Assembly: GCA_937895685.1 (NCBI GenBank)
Contig: CALBMC010000066.1
Location: 1-35,549 of the forward strand
Origin: an uncultured bacterium
Lineage (GTDB): Bacteria; Patescibacteriota; Minisyncoccia; Phycocordibacterales; UBA9973
Direction: 5' to 3'
DNA length: 35,549 nt
Shown: one piece after another, positions 34,322-35,549 of the stretch
Position numbering within the stretch: position 1 is the first letter of the stretch
How the letters are laid out: the number at the start of each line of letters is the position of its first letter
Notes under the pieces: generated by a model
Seen by the model: the letters and a program-made list of their open reading frames with translations, nothing else
Databases searched by the model: none
What the model was told of the DNA's origin: nothing
Made by a program: the position numbers and the translations under genes

Positions 34322-34334
34322 CGTGGTCAAAAAA

Positions 34335-34880
34335 TTATAGTTTCTTGACCTGAAGGAAGTCTAATTCCACTGGGGTCTCACGACCGAACATTGAAACCAG
34401 AACTCTAACTTTACCTTTTTCGTTATCAACTGACTCAACTTTTCCTTCCAAGTCTTTGAAAGGTCCGTCAGCAATCTGGATAGTCTCTCCAACCTCAAGC
34501 TCAATATTGTGCTTTGGACCATCTTTGGTCATTCTAGAGAACAAGAAACTTACTTCTTCCTCAGAAAGCGGAACTGGGTTTACTCCCGCTCCCACAAATC
34601 CAGTTACCCGAGGGGTGTTTCGAACAACATACCAAGAGTCATCATTTACGATCATATCAACTAGGACATAACCAGGGTATATTTTTTCTTCTACCTCTAC
34701 CCTTTTTCCTCCTTTTACTTTGATCTTCTTTTCGATTGGAACAACGACATCAAAAATTTTGTCTCCAACTCCGAGAGATTCTATTCTCTGCTTAAGGTTT
34801 CGCATAACAGCATTCTCATATCCAGAGTATGTGTGTATCGCGTACCATCTACGTTCTACGTGTGCTTCTTGTTTTGCCAT
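34335..34880 (-). CDS. nusG: transcription termination/antitermination factor NusG
   Basis: The NGN domain reads WYAIHTYSGYENAV and PGYVLV. The KOW domain reads GETIQIADGPFKDLEGKVESVD. Confidence 0.95.
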   Translation of the reverse strand: MAKQEAHVERRWYAIHTYSGYENAVMRNLKQRIESLGVGDKIFDVVVPIEKKIKVKGGKRVEVEEKIYPGYVLVDMIVNDDSWYVVRNTPRVTGFVGAGVNPVPLSEEEVSFLFSRMTKDGPKHNIELEVGETIQIADGPFKDLEGKVESVDNEKGKVRVLVSMFGRETPVELDFLQVKKL

Positions 34881-34891
34881 ATATTAAAAAA

Positions 34892-35080
34892 TTAGAAACC
34901 AATAATCTTCTCAAGACCTTTTGTAAATATCAGATCGAAAAGTCCAAGCATATAAGCGATCAGAATAGAAATTATTATCACCAAAGCTGTAAGGAAAATA
35001 ACACGTGACTGTCTTGGCCAGTTAACATGGTGTAATTCTGTCTTTAGATTTTTGAAAAAGTTTGTCATAAATTTAAACAT
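34892..35080 (-). CDS. secE: preprotein translocase subunit SecE
   Basis: The 62-aa protein contains ELHHVNWPRQSRVIFLTALVIIISILIAYMLG and has the conserved position upstream of nusG. Confidence 0.85.
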   Translation of the reverse strand: MFKFMTNFFKNLKTELHHVNWPRQSRVIFLTALVIIISILIAYMLGLFDLIFTKGLEKIIGF

Positions 35081-35085
35081 TTTTA

Positions 35086-35103
35086 AAAGCCCCGCGGGGC
35101 TTT
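35086..35103 (-). terminator. GC hairpin plus T-run directly upstream of secE
   Basis: AAAGCCC-CGCG-GGGCTTT is followed by TTTTAAAAATG on the minus strand, downstream of the stop at 35125. Confidence 0.6.
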
Positions 35104-35124
35104 AATATTTTGATAATACCACTT

Positions 35125-35522
35125 TTAGCTGAAAATTGCAAATGAGCCCAAAGAAAGGAGAGTTAGAAATGTTATATGTCCAAGAAGGATAAACGGCAGT
35201 GCTCTCTTGAAGGGATAATCGACCAACGCAAGAGAAAACATAAGGATATCAGCCGGCATCGGGGTCAGCCCACCATAAATAAATATAAACAGAGGAAACA
35301 GTTTCCGGGGTCTTTTCCTAAACCAATTTTCAATTTTTTCTATTAAATTTTTAAAATTCCCATCTGAAGCGAGTCTCCCCTCCTTTCCTAAAAAATAAAA
35401 AAGGTAGTCCCCAATCGCAAGAGCTGGAGCTGCTGATAGCGCCAAAAGAAAAGGATTAAGTCCTCCGCTTGCAAAAAAAGCAGCTGGGCAATGACGAGGT
35501 TTGCCATTTCGTCGTGAATTGG
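35125..35522 (-). CDS. integral membrane protein fragment, tentatively VTT/DedA (SNARE-associated)-like; 5' end lost at the contig end
   Basis: The track's start at 35445 is a TTG. My translation stays open upstream (...NSRRNGKPRHCPAAFFASGGLNPFLLALSAAPALAIGDYLFYFLGK...) until the adapter begins. YGGLTPMPADIL resembles the VTT-domain loop. Confidence 0.45.
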
Positions 35523-35549
35523 AGATCGGAAGAGCGTCGTGTAGGGAAA
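35523..35549. other. Illumina TruSeq adapter sequence (assembly or trimming artefact)
   Basis: The last 27 nt, AGATCGGAAGAGCGTCGTGTAGGGAAA, are identical to the start of the standard Illumina read-2 adapter trimming sequence AGATCGGAAGAGCGTCGTGTAGGGAAAGAGTGT. Confidence 0.9.

Noticed and set aside
1-35549. CRISPR arrays, IS elements or transposases, integrases, prophage genes, and alternative genetic code (UGA recoding).
   Set aside because: I saw no short direct-repeat/spacer periodicity, no terminal inverted repeats flanking ORFs, and no recombinase-like translations. Long housekeeping ORFs are intact under code 11, and ftsK terminates at TGA, so code 25/4 is unnecessary.

Overview
AT-rich, very densely packed bacterial window with no rRNA, tRNA, CRISPR or transposase genes. 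About 85% of the coding is on the minus strand. The content is streamlined housekeeping: ftsK-recA, efp, rpsF-ssb-rpsR, tatD, metG, glyQS, ileS, argS, rplK-nusG-secE and a recO-like gene. There is also a left-hand cell-envelope glycan cluster: a polyprenyl-phosphate sugar transferase, two GT4 enzymes and two Wzy_C/O-antigen-ligase-like proteins with TPR tails. Next to it lies a very acidic secreted protein with a peptidoglycan-binding domain. Shine-Dalgarno sequences are almost absent, rplA is missing after rplK and rplI after rpsR, recO lacks a zinc finger, and several large orphan envelope proteins are present. Together these make me infer a Candidate Phyla Radiation / Patescibacteria (Parcubacteria-like) genome using the standard code 11; this is inference only. 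The most interesting items are: (1) a complete, catalytically intact histidine-phosphatase (PGAM-like) domain of about 190 aa inserted inside the IleRS catalytic core; (2) a 169-aa ORF translationally coupled to that ileS, with PARP/Tpt1-like H-Y-E motifs suggesting an ADP-ribosyltransferase fold; (3) a T-box-like terminator/antiterminator element in the ileS leader, heading a roughly 10.8 kb eight-gene operon; (4) a two-gene orphan islet between ileS and argS encoding a DUF4406/nucleoside-deoxyribosyltransferase-like fusion protein; (5) a 659-bp highly structured non-coding region upstream of the acidic surface-protein gene. The right contig end (35523-35549) is Illumina adapter sequence. All functional calls come from reading the translations by eye; no database search was possible.
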